DNA of 64,000 bases. Origin: Oscillospiraceae bacterium. GTDB lineage: Bacteria; Bacillota; Clostridia; Oscillospirales; Oscillospiraceae. Of this stretch, positions 9,543-17,551 are shown one piece after another. The notes under the pieces are model-generated. The model was not told the DNA's origin. It made no database searches and saw only the letters and a list, made by a program, of their open reading frames with translations. The DNA lies in assembly GCA_017522015.1 (NCBI GenBank), contig JAFXAW010000027.1, positions 36,062 to 100,061 on the forward strand. The letters run 5' to 3'. Each line of letters begins with the position of its first letter. Positions within the stretch are counted from its first letter, which is position 1. Made by a program: the position numbers and the translations under genes.

Positions 9543-10109
9543 TTACTTTTTTTCGTAAGTTACTTCAAGACCATCATTCGGGTGATAGGTCCAGGATACC
9601 TTATATTTGTTGGTTTCTTCACTCTGGCGACCCATCAAAGCGGAGGTCTGCATCATTTTGGAATAAACAGAACCGTTGAAGCCCAATTCTTCATTCGCAT
9701 ACTTGATCGCTTCAAGAGCATTCTCCTGCGCGCGCGGAGCCAGCAACGCCTGCATCATATCGTCCATGTTCTCATATTCATCGGGGTACGTGTCGATCAT
9801 AAAGTAATCGCCGCTTCCCGTAATTCTACCGGCAATCTGGACGCACTCATTTCTGACCCGCTTGAATTTGGACGGAACCATAAGAATAATTGCAATGACA
9901 ATTACCACAACAGCAGCCGCTGCAATAATCGCAAGCTTTTTCTTATTGGGCTTGGGCTTGGCCGTTTCCTCAATCACGACTTCCGCAGTCTCCTCTGCCG
10001 CCGGAGCCTCTTCCATGACTTCCGCAGTTTCCTCGGCTACCGGTGCAGTTTCTTTGGGAATTTCATTTTCCGCTGCCAGACAGCCCTGCTCTTTGATTTC
10101 TTCGCTCAT
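9543..10109 (-). CDS. hypothetical single-pass membrane protein with acidic N-terminal repeats
   Basis: ORF 9543-10196(-). Start placed at ATG 10109 (MSEEIKEQ..., AGGGAG SD). Acidic N-terminus with a reiterated EETAEV motif, a KKK-anchored TM helix (LAIIAAAAVVVIVIAIILMV), then a roughly 120-aa C-terminal domain. I recognise no family. Confidence 0.6.
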   Translation of the reverse strand: MSEEIKEQGCLAAENEIPKETAPVAEETAEVMEEAPAAEETAEVVIEETAKPKPNKKKLAIIAAAAVVVIVIAIILMVPSKFKRVRNECVQIAGRITGSGDYFMIDTYPDEYENMDDMMQALLAPRAQENALEAIKYANEELGFNGSVYSKMMQTSALMGRQSEETNKYKVSWTYHPNDGLEVTYEKK

Positions 10110-10204
10110 TGTTTGATTCTCCCTCTTCTTTCTTATATAATTTAGACCTTCACTACATAAATTAACCCGCTGAGTCTTGCAGTGAAATGGTATCATACTG
10201 CTCC

Positions 10205-10280
10205 GAAACAGCGGGATTTGTCTTGAAAAGTCAGAAAATTACTCTTCCCAGTTGTGCCAGACGTTCTGCACGTCGTCATT
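10205..10280 (-). repeat. direct repeat copy A: dead copy of the yebC 3' end plus one arm of the yebC terminator
   Basis: 10237-10280 is identical (44/44) to 11559-11602. 10205-10220 (GAAACAGCGGGATTTG) is identical to 11526-11541. The linker between them has diverged (16 vs 17 nt). Confidence 0.9.
10239..10280 (-). pseudogene. yebC 3'-terminal fragment (last 13 codons plus stop, NDDVQNVWHNWEE*)
   Basis: Exact copy of the end of the intact yebC at 11561-11602. There is no reading frame upstream of it. Confidence 0.85.
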
Positions 10281-10531
10281 CCGAGGGCGAAGCCCTCGGT
10301 GGGGAAACTGAAAACCTGTTGCAAATCAAGCAGTTTCAATTTTGCGCTTCTCCAAAAGTGCTGTTTTTTCGTCTATGTATGTCACAGCCCATTTGATTGA
10401 CTTTATGACAATTATACATGGTCGTGGCGGGCTTTTCAAGCCCCGCCACGGATGATTTTGATATTACGAACATGAAAAGCAAGGGAATTTCGGGCGTTTG
10501 TAAAGGCACACTCTTGCGAACACATAAAGAA

Positions 10532-10557
10532 ATGGAGCGGGATTTCTCCCGCTCCAT
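10532..10557 (-). terminator. hairpin (ATGGAGCGGG family) downstream of the lipoprotein gene
   Basis: An 11-bp stem pairs ATGGAGCGGGA with TCCCGCTCCAT around a 4-nt loop, 5 nt after the stop at 10563. A T-rich tract follows on the minus strand. Confidence 0.5.
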
Positions 10558-10562
10558 AAGAA

Positions 10563-11189
10563 TTATTCAGTGATAATTCCCAGTTCAATAGTTGTGTCCC
10601 CTGCAACGCGAAGAACTTGAAAATCAGAAATGTAATATATGTATTGCTGGCTTGGGTCTTGAAGTTCAAAGTCTTGAATAAAAGTTTGCGCAATGAGTGC
10701 CATATCTCCCGATGTTTCCACTTTATCCGTTTTAGTCAAAACCTCATAATCTCCATCGATTTTAATGACTTCCTTTGTATCATGATTGATTTCAACACTT
10801 ACTTTTTGCAAATTATATTGCACTTCAAAGTGAATACTGAGGGAATGTTTAGAAGAGTATCCCTCTTTTAGTTCTAAACGCCAAAAGTTGTTAACAGAGG
10901 AAAAATCTCCAAAATCATCTGTGTGGTATACTATTTCTTCAACAAGTTCAAAATATTCAAACCAGTTATCAGATGTGATTTCAACTGTGATGTACTGAGT
11001 ATTTTCACCGGGAACCCCGGGTGGTGCTATCGTTTCAATCTCTCCGTTGTTGGTAGCAGGTATGAGAGTTTCTGTACTATCTTGTGTTCCGCTGTTATTA
11101 TCTGTGCCCGGTGTTTCTCCGCTACCGCCGCAAGCAGCCAAAGACAAACACATAACCGCCGCCAAGAGCAGCGCAAGTAATTTCTTCAT
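10563..11189 (-). CDS. hypothetical lipoprotein
   Basis: 208-aa ORF with a signal peptide and lipobox MKKLLALLLAAVMCLSLAAC. Its composition is visibly AT-richer than neighbouring core genes. I recognise no family. Confidence 0.75.
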   Translation of the reverse strand: MKKLLALLLAAVMCLSLAACGGSGETPGTDNNSGTQDSTETLIPATNNGEIETIAPPGVPGENTQYITVEITSDNWFEYFELVEEIVYHTDDFGDFSSVNNFWRLELKEGYSSKHSLSIHFEVQYNLQKVSVEINHDTKEVIKIDGDYEVLTKTDKVETSGDMALIAQTFIQDFELQDPSQQYIYYISDFQVLRVAGDTTIELGIITE

Positions 11190-11359
11190 TTCTTATCCTC
11201 CAATTCTCGTGATAGATTTTCAACCGCGATACGGATATTGCGGGGAACATCTTTCATTTGCACATACTTGGAAACGGTGGATGCACTGCGTGGCGGGTTC
11301 ATTGCGCGCCCAACGGCAGCGAATGTTCCTAACACCCGATAGAGTCGCTGCATTTCCAT
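11186..11359 (-). CDS. small putative DNA-binding (HTH-like) protein
   Basis: ORF 11186-11380(-) begins with TTG. I prefer ATG 11359 (GAGGA about 5 nt upstream). ATGA overlap with the lipoprotein gene. The segment TVSKYVQMKDVPRNI looks like a recognition helix, but the assignment is weak. Confidence 0.45.
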   Translation of the reverse strand: MEMQRLYRVLGTFAAVGRAMNPPRSASTVSKYVQMKDVPRNIRIAVENLSRELEDKK

Positions 11360-11500
11360 AATTTCCTCTAATATGTACAATTGAAATATATCATATCAAT
11401 GAATAATTAGCAAGAATTTTCCTCCTTTTATATGTCGCAATCAAAGCAGATGCATATATCACAACGAAATTGATGTATGTCGCAACGCGTTTTGGTAGAA

Positions 11501-11540
11501 TACAAAAATCCCGCTGTTCTGCATTGAAACAGCGGGATTT
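11501..11540 (-). terminator. intrinsic terminator of yebC
   Basis: A 13-bp stem pairs AAATCCCGCTGTT with AACAGCGGGATTT. TTTTTG follows on the minus strand. Confidence 0.85.
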
Positions 11541-11602
11541 GCTTTATAAAAACTTAGGAATTACTCTTCCCAGTTGTGCCAGACGTTCTGCACGTCGTCA
11601 TT
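11526..11602 (-). repeat. direct repeat copy B (functional yebC 3' end plus terminator arm)
   Basis: See copy A at 10205-10280. The offset between copies is 1321-1322 bp. Confidence 0.9.
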
Positions 11603-12292
11603 ATCCTCGAACATATCCAGCATCTTGCGCATGTTCTTAATGTCATCCTCGTTCGTGAGGGTGATGTAGCCGTTCTGCGGCAGCATTTCCTCCTGCGCGG
11701 AGAGCAGCTTATACTTTCCGCCAAGCTTTTCTGCAACAGTCGCCACATCTTCAGGCAGCGTATAGACGGTGAAAACTTCGCCCTCTGCCTCGAAATCATC
11801 CGCGCCGGCATCCAGCGCATCCATCATGACCTCGTCCTCTTCCAGCTCCATATCCTCGTTATCAATGACAATAACGCCCTTGCGGTTGAAGGACCAGCTC
11901 ACGCAGTTCGACGCACCGAGGTTCCCGCCGTACTTATCAAAATAGTGCCGCACTTCGCTTGCCGTGCGGTTGCGGTTATCCGTCATTGCCTCAACGATCA
12001 CGGCAACGCCGCAAGGACCGTAGCCCTCATAGGTGACGGACTCGTAGTTCGTGGTATCCGAACCGCCGATGGCCTTTTCAATCGTGCGCTTGATGTTGTC
12101 GTTCGGCATGTTCGCAGCCTTCGCCTTGGCGATGACGGTTGCCAGACGGGAGTTATTATTCGGGTCGCCGCTGCCGCCTTCTTTGACCGCGACGATCATT
12201 TCTCTCGCGATCTTCGTGAATGCCTGCGCACGCTTCGCGTCCGCCGCACCCTTCGTCTTCTGTATGTTATGCCACTTGGAATGACCAGACAT
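11561..12292 (-). CDS. yebC: YebC/PmpR family DNA-binding transcriptional regulator
   Basis: ORF 11561-12370(-). Start placed at ATG 12292, giving the canonical N-terminus MSGHSKWHNIQKTKG. Confidence 0.93.
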   Translation of the reverse strand: MSGHSKWHNIQKTKGAADAKRAQAFTKIAREMIVAVKEGGSGDPNNNSRLATVIAKAKAANMPNDNIKRTIEKAIGGSDTTNYESVTYEGYGPCGVAVIVEAMTDNRNRTASEVRHYFDKYGGNLGASNCVSWSFNRKGVIVIDNEDMELEEDEVMMDALDAGADDFEAEGEVFTVYTLPEDVATVAEKLGGKYKLLSAQEEMLPQNGYITLTNEDDIKNMRKMLDMFEDNDDVQNVWHNWEE

Positions 12293-12463
12293 AAATCTCA
12301 GCTCCTCTGAAAAATTAACAGAAAAATTGTAACATAGTAACACAGTAATGGCAAGCACAACTTTTTGCACTTTTCCCGATTTTGACGAAATCCGGCCCTG
12401 CTGCGCTTTTTCTGTTGCCGTTTCCGCCGGAAAATGCTATGATCGGAATATGGAGTGATGAAA

Positions 12464-13192
12464 ATGCGAATGCGAAAGAAACCGAATCTTGTGCCGCGCA
12501 TGGAGCGTTGCGCGGCGCTTTTGGAAACAAATGCCGAGGAAAAGCGCGGAAACTGGCTTGCCGGAACGCAGTACGACAAACTGCACCTGGAAATCGGCTG
12601 CGGCAAGGGCCGCTTCACGACGGCTGTAGCAAACAGCGCACCGAACACGCTGCTTGTTGCATTGGAGCGTGTCGAAGACGCGATCGTTGTGGCGATGGAG
12701 CGTGCGCTCGAAGCCGAAATCGAAAACGTGCGCTTTCTCGCAAAGGACGCCAAAGAGCTGGAGTCCTGCTTTGCGCCCGGTGAGCTCAGCCGGATCTACA
12801 TCAATTTCTGCGATCCCTGGCCGAAGAGTCGGGATGCCAAGCACCGCCTGACCTCCCCGTTTTTCCTGCGGAGTTATGCGCGTCTTCTGCCCATCGGCGG
12901 CGAGATTCATTTTAAGACGGATAACCGCCCACTGTTTGACTGGTCGCTGGAGCAGCTTCTCGCCGAAGGCTGGGAGCTGAAAGAACAGAGCTTTGATCTG
13001 CATCACGACGGCATAAATGGCTTCATGACGGACTACGAGGCCAAGTTTCACGCCGAGGGTGTGCCGATCTGCCGCACCGTGGCAGTCCGGACGGAGGCCA
13101 CACGCTGCGAGGGTATTCCGGATCGGCTGCGCAATGCCTCGCTTGCCGATGCGCGCGCGAATCAGACGGAGGATGCATCAAAATGCGAATGA
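12464..13192 (+). CDS. trmB: tRNA (guanine46-N7)-methyltransferase
   Basis: ORF from 12455 (GTG). ATG 12464 lies 8 nt after GGAG; 12458 and 12470 are alternatives. LEIGCGKGRF SAM motif and DPWPK motif. Confidence 0.9.
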   Translation: MRMRKKPNLVPRMERCAALLETNAEEKRGNWLAGTQYDKLHLEIGCGKGRFTTAVANSAPNTLLVALERVEDAIVVAMERALEAEIENVRFLAKDAKELESCFAPGELSRIYINFCDPWPKSRDAKHRLTSPFFLRSYARLLPIGGEIHFKTDNRPLFDWSLEQLLAEGWELKEQSFDLHHDGINGFMTDYEAKFHAEGVPICRTVAVRTEATRCEGIPDRLRNASLADARANQTEDASKCE

Positions 13193-13935
13193 TCTCGTGG
13201 AACGTAAACGGCCTTCGCGCCGTTGTGAAAAAAGGATTTTATGAATCCTTTGCCGCGCTGGATGCGGATGTCTTCTGCCTGCAGGAGACGAAGCTGCAGG
13301 CAGGCCAGATTGAAATGGCGCTGCCCGGCTATGAGCTGTATTGGGACTATGCCGAGAAGAAGGGCTATTCCGGCACGGCTGTATTCACGCGCGTTCCTCC
13401 CCTTTCCGTGCGCCAAGGCATCGGCATCCCCGAGCACGACACCGAGGGGTGCTGCGTGACGCTGGAATTTGAGGAATTCTTCCTTGTATGCGTCTACACA
13501 CCAAATGCACAGGACGGCCTGAAGCGGCTGGACTACCGCATGAGCTGGGAGGATGCGTTCCGGGACTATCTGCTCTCGCTGGATGCTGTGAAGCCCGTCG
13601 TCGTCTGCGGTGACATGAACGTTGCGCATCAGGAGATTGATCTGAAGAACCCGAAGACAAACCGCGGGAATCCGGGTTTCTCCGATGAGGAACGTGCAAA
13701 GTTCGGTGAGCTTCTCGATGCCGGTTTTACGGACACGTTCCGCAGCCTGTATCCGGACTTGGAAGATGCCTACACATGGTGGAGCTATCGCGCCGCTGCG
13801 CGGGAGCGGAACGTCGGCTGGCGCATTGACTATTTTCTCGTGTCCAATCGCCTCGCTCCGCGCATTACGCGTGCGTTTATTTGCCCGGAGATTCTCGGAA
13901 GCGATCACTGCCCAGTCGGGCTTGAATTGGCATAA
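13183..13935 (+). CDS. xth: exodeoxyribonuclease III
   Basis: 250-aa ORF with MRMISWNVNGLRA, CLQETK and SDHCPV motifs of the Xth/APE1 family. It overlaps the trmB stop by 10 nt. Confidence 0.93.
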   Translation: MRMISWNVNGLRAVVKKGFYESFAALDADVFCLQETKLQAGQIEMALPGYELYWDYAEKKGYSGTAVFTRVPPLSVRQGIGIPEHDTEGCCVTLEFEEFFLVCVYTPNAQDGLKRLDYRMSWEDAFRDYLLSLDAVKPVVVCGDMNVAHQEIDLKNPKTNRGNPGFSDEERAKFGELLDAGFTDTFRSLYPDLEDAYTWWSYRAAARERNVGWRIDYFLVSNRLAPRITRAFICPEILGSDHCPVGLELA

Positions 13936-14013
13936 CGCAGCTTTGTACTGACGCAAAGCTGCAGCTGTTGCGTTATAATTCGATGCAATTCCGGATTATC
14001 ATCCGGAGCAGAA

Positions 14014-15006
14014 TTGGAGAAGTACAGGATCGGTATGGTAAAGATCGGAAACATAGAACTGCAGGGGCGCATGACGCTTGCGCCGATGGCCGGCGTGACG
14101 GATTCCGCTTTCCGGCAGATTTGCCGCGAAAGCGGTGCCGCGCTCGTCTGCACAGAGATGGTCAGCGCAAAGGCGCTTGTCTATCAGGATCAGAAAACGC
14201 GCTCCCTGCTTTATATTGCGCCGGACGAACATCCCTGTGCCGCGCAGATCTTCGGCAGCGAAGCTGACGTCATGGCTGAGGCCGCGCCCATGGCCGCTGA
14301 AATTTCCGGCGCGGACATTCTGGATGTAAATATGGGCTGTCCTGTGGGTAAGATTGCCAAAAGCGGCGACGGCAGCGCTTTGATGCGTGACCCGGAAAAG
14401 GCCATGCGCATTCTTGAGGGTATTGTCCGCGCCGTAAAAATCCCGGTGACGGTCAAGATCCGCAAGGGTTGGGATTCCGGCAGTGTGAACGCTGTGGAAT
14501 TCGCGCAAATGTGTCAGCAGGCCGGTGTGAGCGCCATAGCCGTTCACGGACGCACGAGAGCGCAGATGTATGCAGGCAAGGCGGACTGGGACATCATCCG
14601 TGAAGTCAAGAACGCGGTCAGCATCCCCGTTTTCGCCAACGGAGACATCTTTGAGCCCGAGGATGCCGCACACATCCTGCGTTATACGGGCTGCGACCTT
14701 GCGATGGTGGGCCGCGGCGGTTTCGGCAATCCCTGGATTTTTCAGCGGGGCAACGCCGCCATCCGCGGCGAAGACATCCCGGCGCTCCCGCCGCTGGCAG
14801 AGCGCATCGAAACCGCAATGCGTCAGCTTGAGCTTGCAGCAGCGCAGAAAGGCGAGCGCGTCGCATGCCTCGAGGCAAGGCGGCATATGAGCTGGTATCT
14901 GCGCGGCGTTGCACACGCTGCATACTTCAAAAAACAGATTGTGGAGCTGGACAATCTCGAGGACGCACGGCGTATCACAGATGCGATCAAACGGAATCTG
15001 AGGTGA
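14014..15006 (+). CDS. dusB: tRNA-dihydrouridine synthase
   Basis: LAPMAGVTDSAFR, NMGCPV and HGRTR motifs. The start is ambiguous: TTG 14014 or ATG 14035. Confidence 0.9.
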   Translation: MEKYRIGMVKIGNIELQGRMTLAPMAGVTDSAFRQICRESGAALVCTEMVSAKALVYQDQKTRSLLYIAPDEHPCAAQIFGSEADVMAEAAPMAAEISGADILDVNMGCPVGKIAKSGDGSALMRDPEKAMRILEGIVRAVKIPVTVKIRKGWDSGSVNAVEFAQMCQQAGVSAIAVHGRTRAQMYAGKADWDIIREVKNAVSIPVFANGDIFEPEDAAHILRYTGCDLAMVGRGGFGNPWIFQRGNAAIRGEDIPALPPLAERIETAMRQLELAAAQKGERVACLEARRHMSWYLRGVAHAAYFKKQIVELDNLEDARRITDAIKRNLR

Positions 15007-15010
15007 GGCT

Positions 15011-15625
15011 ATGACGCGGGATGAGGAACGTGCTGTCATCGGGCGTGTGCTCGATGGTGATGCGGACGCTTTTGCAGACATCGTGCTCGCGTATCAAAAA
15101 TTAGTATATAACCTCGCACTGCGCATGCTGCGCAATGCTGATGACGCGCTTGACATCTCGCAGGAGGTGTTTCTGCGCGCCTATACCTCCCTGCGTGATT
15201 TTCGCGGAGACAGCCGGCTCTCCACCTGGCTCTATCGGACGACCAACAACCTTTGCGTGGATCATCTGCGCAAGCGAAAGCGTCGGGGTGAAGTGTTGCG
15301 CACCGCATCCACTGACGAGATGCAGGAAAGGACACCGGACATTCCGGACGAGAGCGGCACGCCGGAGGATATGCTGCTGCGTCGGGAGCAACGTGCCGTG
15401 CTGGAAGATGGTCTTCGTGCGCTGTCTGAGGGCGACCGGAAAATTCTACTGCTTCGTGAGAGCGGCGGGCTGAGCTACGAGGAGATCGCCGATGCGCTGC
15501 ATATCGGGCTTGGGACAGTCAAATCCAGACTCTCCCGCGCGAGAAAAAAGCTCGGGAAATATTTGTCGGAAAGCGGGAACTTTTCCGATGCTGCGCCGTC
15601 TATAGATCAGAGCAAGGAGGTGTGA
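15011..15625 (+). CDS. ECF-type RNA polymerase sigma factor
   Basis: 204 aa. Region 2 (DALDISQEVFLRAY...) and region 4 (LSYEEIADALHIGLGTVKSRLSRAR) are recognisable. Confidence 0.85.
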   Translation: MTRDEERAVIGRVLDGDADAFADIVLAYQKLVYNLALRMLRNADDALDISQEVFLRAYTSLRDFRGDSRLSTWLYRTTNNLCVDHLRKRKRRGEVLRTASTDEMQERTPDIPDESGTPEDMLLRREQRAVLEDGLRALSEGDRKILLLRESGGLSYEEIADALHIGLGTVKSRLSRARKKLGKYLSESGNFSDAAPSIDQSKEV

Positions 15626-15630
15626 GCGCG

Positions 15631-16386
15631 ATGCGGGAATGCAAAGAATATCAGGATATGATCAGCTGCGCAATTGACGGCGAGCTGAGTGCCAACGAGC
15701 GGCGCGCGCTTTCACATCATCTGGAGCGCTGCCCGGACTGCCGCAGCGTCTATGCTCAGATGCAGCAGCTGACAACTTCTCTGCAGCAATCTGCCGTCGA
15801 GCCGCCCGCAGCGCTGCTTGAAGGCGTGATGCGTAGCATCGGCGCGACGGCACCAGAGGCTAAAAAATCGAGAAAGAAAAACTACATTCGCTATATATCC
15901 GCCGCAGCCTGCCTTGCCCTCGTTCTGTTCATCGGCTATGCAGCACTGCATTCCGGCTTTGGTGCGAGCAAAGACGCAGCCGCTCCGGAGAGCAACACCG
16001 CCTTTAACCGTTACACAGGCGGCGGCGAATCTATCGGCTTATACGATGATTTCGCTGATTCCGGCGCAGTTATGGAGCCATCATCCCCGGAATCGCCCTG
16101 GATGGATTACGCAAACAGCGTTGAAGAGGTTGAAACAACGGACAGGGGGTTGGAATCCACAGAGAGCAGTGCTGAAACGCTGTACGTTGAATTTGAGGGT
16201 GAGGTCTACACCTGGGACGGACACACCGACACAATGCCCGATTTTGGCGGAGAAACGCTCAGCTACGATGTGCTGACGCTGCCGGAAAATCTGAAAACCG
16301 ATCCCCATCGCGATCCCCTGCTCTGCGGAGAAACGCTTTTAATTCCGGACGCAGAGGGCGGCTGGTTCCTGTTTTTACGAAATTGA
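15631..16386 (+). CDS. anti-sigma factor (zf-HC2 type) with one TM helix and an extracytoplasmic domain of unknown type
   Basis: ATG 15631 lies 10 nt after AAGGAGG. HLERCPDC zinc-finger motif, a TM helix (AAACLALVLFIGYAAL), and an acidic C-terminal domain. Confidence 0.75.
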   Translation: MRECKEYQDMISCAIDGELSANERRALSHHLERCPDCRSVYAQMQQLTTSLQQSAVEPPAALLEGVMRSIGATAPEAKKSRKKNYIRYISAAACLALVLFIGYAALHSGFGASKDAAAPESNTAFNRYTGGGESIGLYDDFADSGAVMEPSSPESPWMDYANSVEEVETTDRGLESTESSAETLYVEFEGEVYTWDGHTDTMPDFGGETLSYDVLTLPENLKTDPHRDPLLCGETLLIPDAEGGWFLFLRN

Positions 16387-16399
16387 TACAGAATATTGT

Positions 16400-16450
16400 C
16401 TGCGGAGAGACGGCGCATTTTCGCCCTGTTTCTCCGCAGCGCTGTTTTTA
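16400..16450 (+). terminator. probable terminator after the anti-sigma gene
   Basis: CTGCGGAGA pairs with TCTCCGCAG across a long 22-nt loop, followed by CGCTGTTTTT. Confidence 0.55.
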
Positions 16451-16467
16451 TACATAATAAGTACCGC

Positions 16468-16496
16468 TTGCATACCGAAGTGCGCTGTGCTAAGAT
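16468..16496 (+). promoter_or_regulatory. sigma-70-type promoter for the SBP-fumarase-xer unit
   Basis: TTGCAT, a 17-nt spacer, then TAAGAT. Confidence 0.45.
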
Positions 16497-16530
16497 GACA
16501 TTGAACAAAATGTGAAGTCAGGTGTTCAAA

Positions 16531-17547
16531 ATGAAACGAAAAAAAGCAGCAGGACTCTGCCTTGTCTTTTTGATTGCGCTGTGCATTCTTTCCGCCTGCG
16601 GCGGTCAGAATGAAGACGCCGAGCCGGAACCGATGCAGGTTGTCTGCGTCTCTTTCCCGGAATACGACTGGACGCGAAATCTGCTCGGTGACAATCCCGC
16701 CGTGATGGACCTCACGCTCCTGATCGCCAACGGCGTGGATGTGCACAGCTATCAGCCGACTGTTGAGGACGTCGCGGCAATTTCAGACTGTGATCTGCTG
16801 GTCTGCAGCGGCGGCGTATCCGAACAGTGGGTGCGCGATGCGTTGGAAAACAACAAGAACGGCACTGTTGTGGATATGATGCAGGTTCTCTCCTCCCAGC
16901 TTGTGCAGGAAGAACATGTGGAGGGCATGACGCCGGAATCCGGTGAACATGCGCATGAGCACGAAACCGAGCACGAACACGCAGAGGATATGGAGTTTGA
17001 TGAGCACGTGTGGCTCTCTCTGCGAAACGCGCAGGTCGTCTGCAAGGCAATCACCGAGCAGCTCTGTACGTTGGATGCGCAGCATGAGGCACATTATCGG
17101 GAAAATCTGAGCCGTTATGTGCAGAAACTGTCCGAACTGGACACGCGTTACACGGAGATATTCTCCTTAGCGCCGCTGCACACGATTCTCGTTGCTGACC
17201 GCTTCCCTTTCTGCTACCTTGTGCAGGATTATGCGTTGGATTACTATGCCGCCTTTGCCGGCTGCTCCGCTGAGACGGACGCAAGCTTTGAAACCGTTCT
17301 CTTTCTGGCTGACAAGCTCTCTGCGCTGGATCTGCCCTGTGTGCTTGTTCTGACCGGTTCTGACGCCCGTATTGCCGACGCGGTGCTTGCCAACAGCCGC
17401 GACGCTGATCGCGAGGTGCTTTCGGTCGATCCGCTCCAGTCCGTCCGTCAGTCGCAGATTGACGAGGGGCTTGATTACCTCTCTGCTATGGAACGCAATC
17501 TCGCTGCCATTGCCAAAGCGCTTGGCGCAGAAGCGGAAAGCAGGTAA
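16531..17547 (+). CDS. metal (zinc-type) ABC transporter substrate-binding lipoprotein, ZnuA/AdcA-like
   Basis: ATG 16531 gives MKRKKAAGLCLVFLIALCILSAC (lipobox). There is a His/Glu-rich loop EHAHEHETEHEHAEDMEFDEH followed by HVW, as in ZnuA-type SBPs. No cognate permease or ATPase gene lies next to it. Confidence 0.8.
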   Translation: MKRKKAAGLCLVFLIALCILSACGGQNEDAEPEPMQVVCVSFPEYDWTRNLLGDNPAVMDLTLLIANGVDVHSYQPTVEDVAAISDCDLLVCSGGVSEQWVRDALENNKNGTVVDMMQVLSSQLVQEEHVEGMTPESGEHAHEHETEHEHAEDMEFDEHVWLSLRNAQVVCKAITEQLCTLDAQHEAHYRENLSRYVQKLSELDTRYTEIFSLAPLHTILVADRFPFCYLVQDYALDYYAAFAGCSAETDASFETVLFLADKLSALDLPCVLVLTGSDARIADAVLANSRDADREVLSVDPLQSVRQSQIDEGLDYLSAMERNLAAIAKALGAEAESR

Positions 17548-17551
17548 CCTC

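Noticed and set aside
9466-11380. An integron-like cassette array: promoterless small genes in one orientation, each followed by an imperfect palindrome.
   Set aside because: There is no IntI-type integrase or attI. The hairpins are short perfect stems without the R''/L''-L'/R' attC organisation (no GTTRRRY core). The genes appear to have their own promoter.
17372-17551. A 60-codon N-terminal extension of the fumarate hydratase alpha ORF in the track.
   Set aside because: The extension lies entirely inside the SBP gene in another frame. The family N-terminus begins at ATG 17552.
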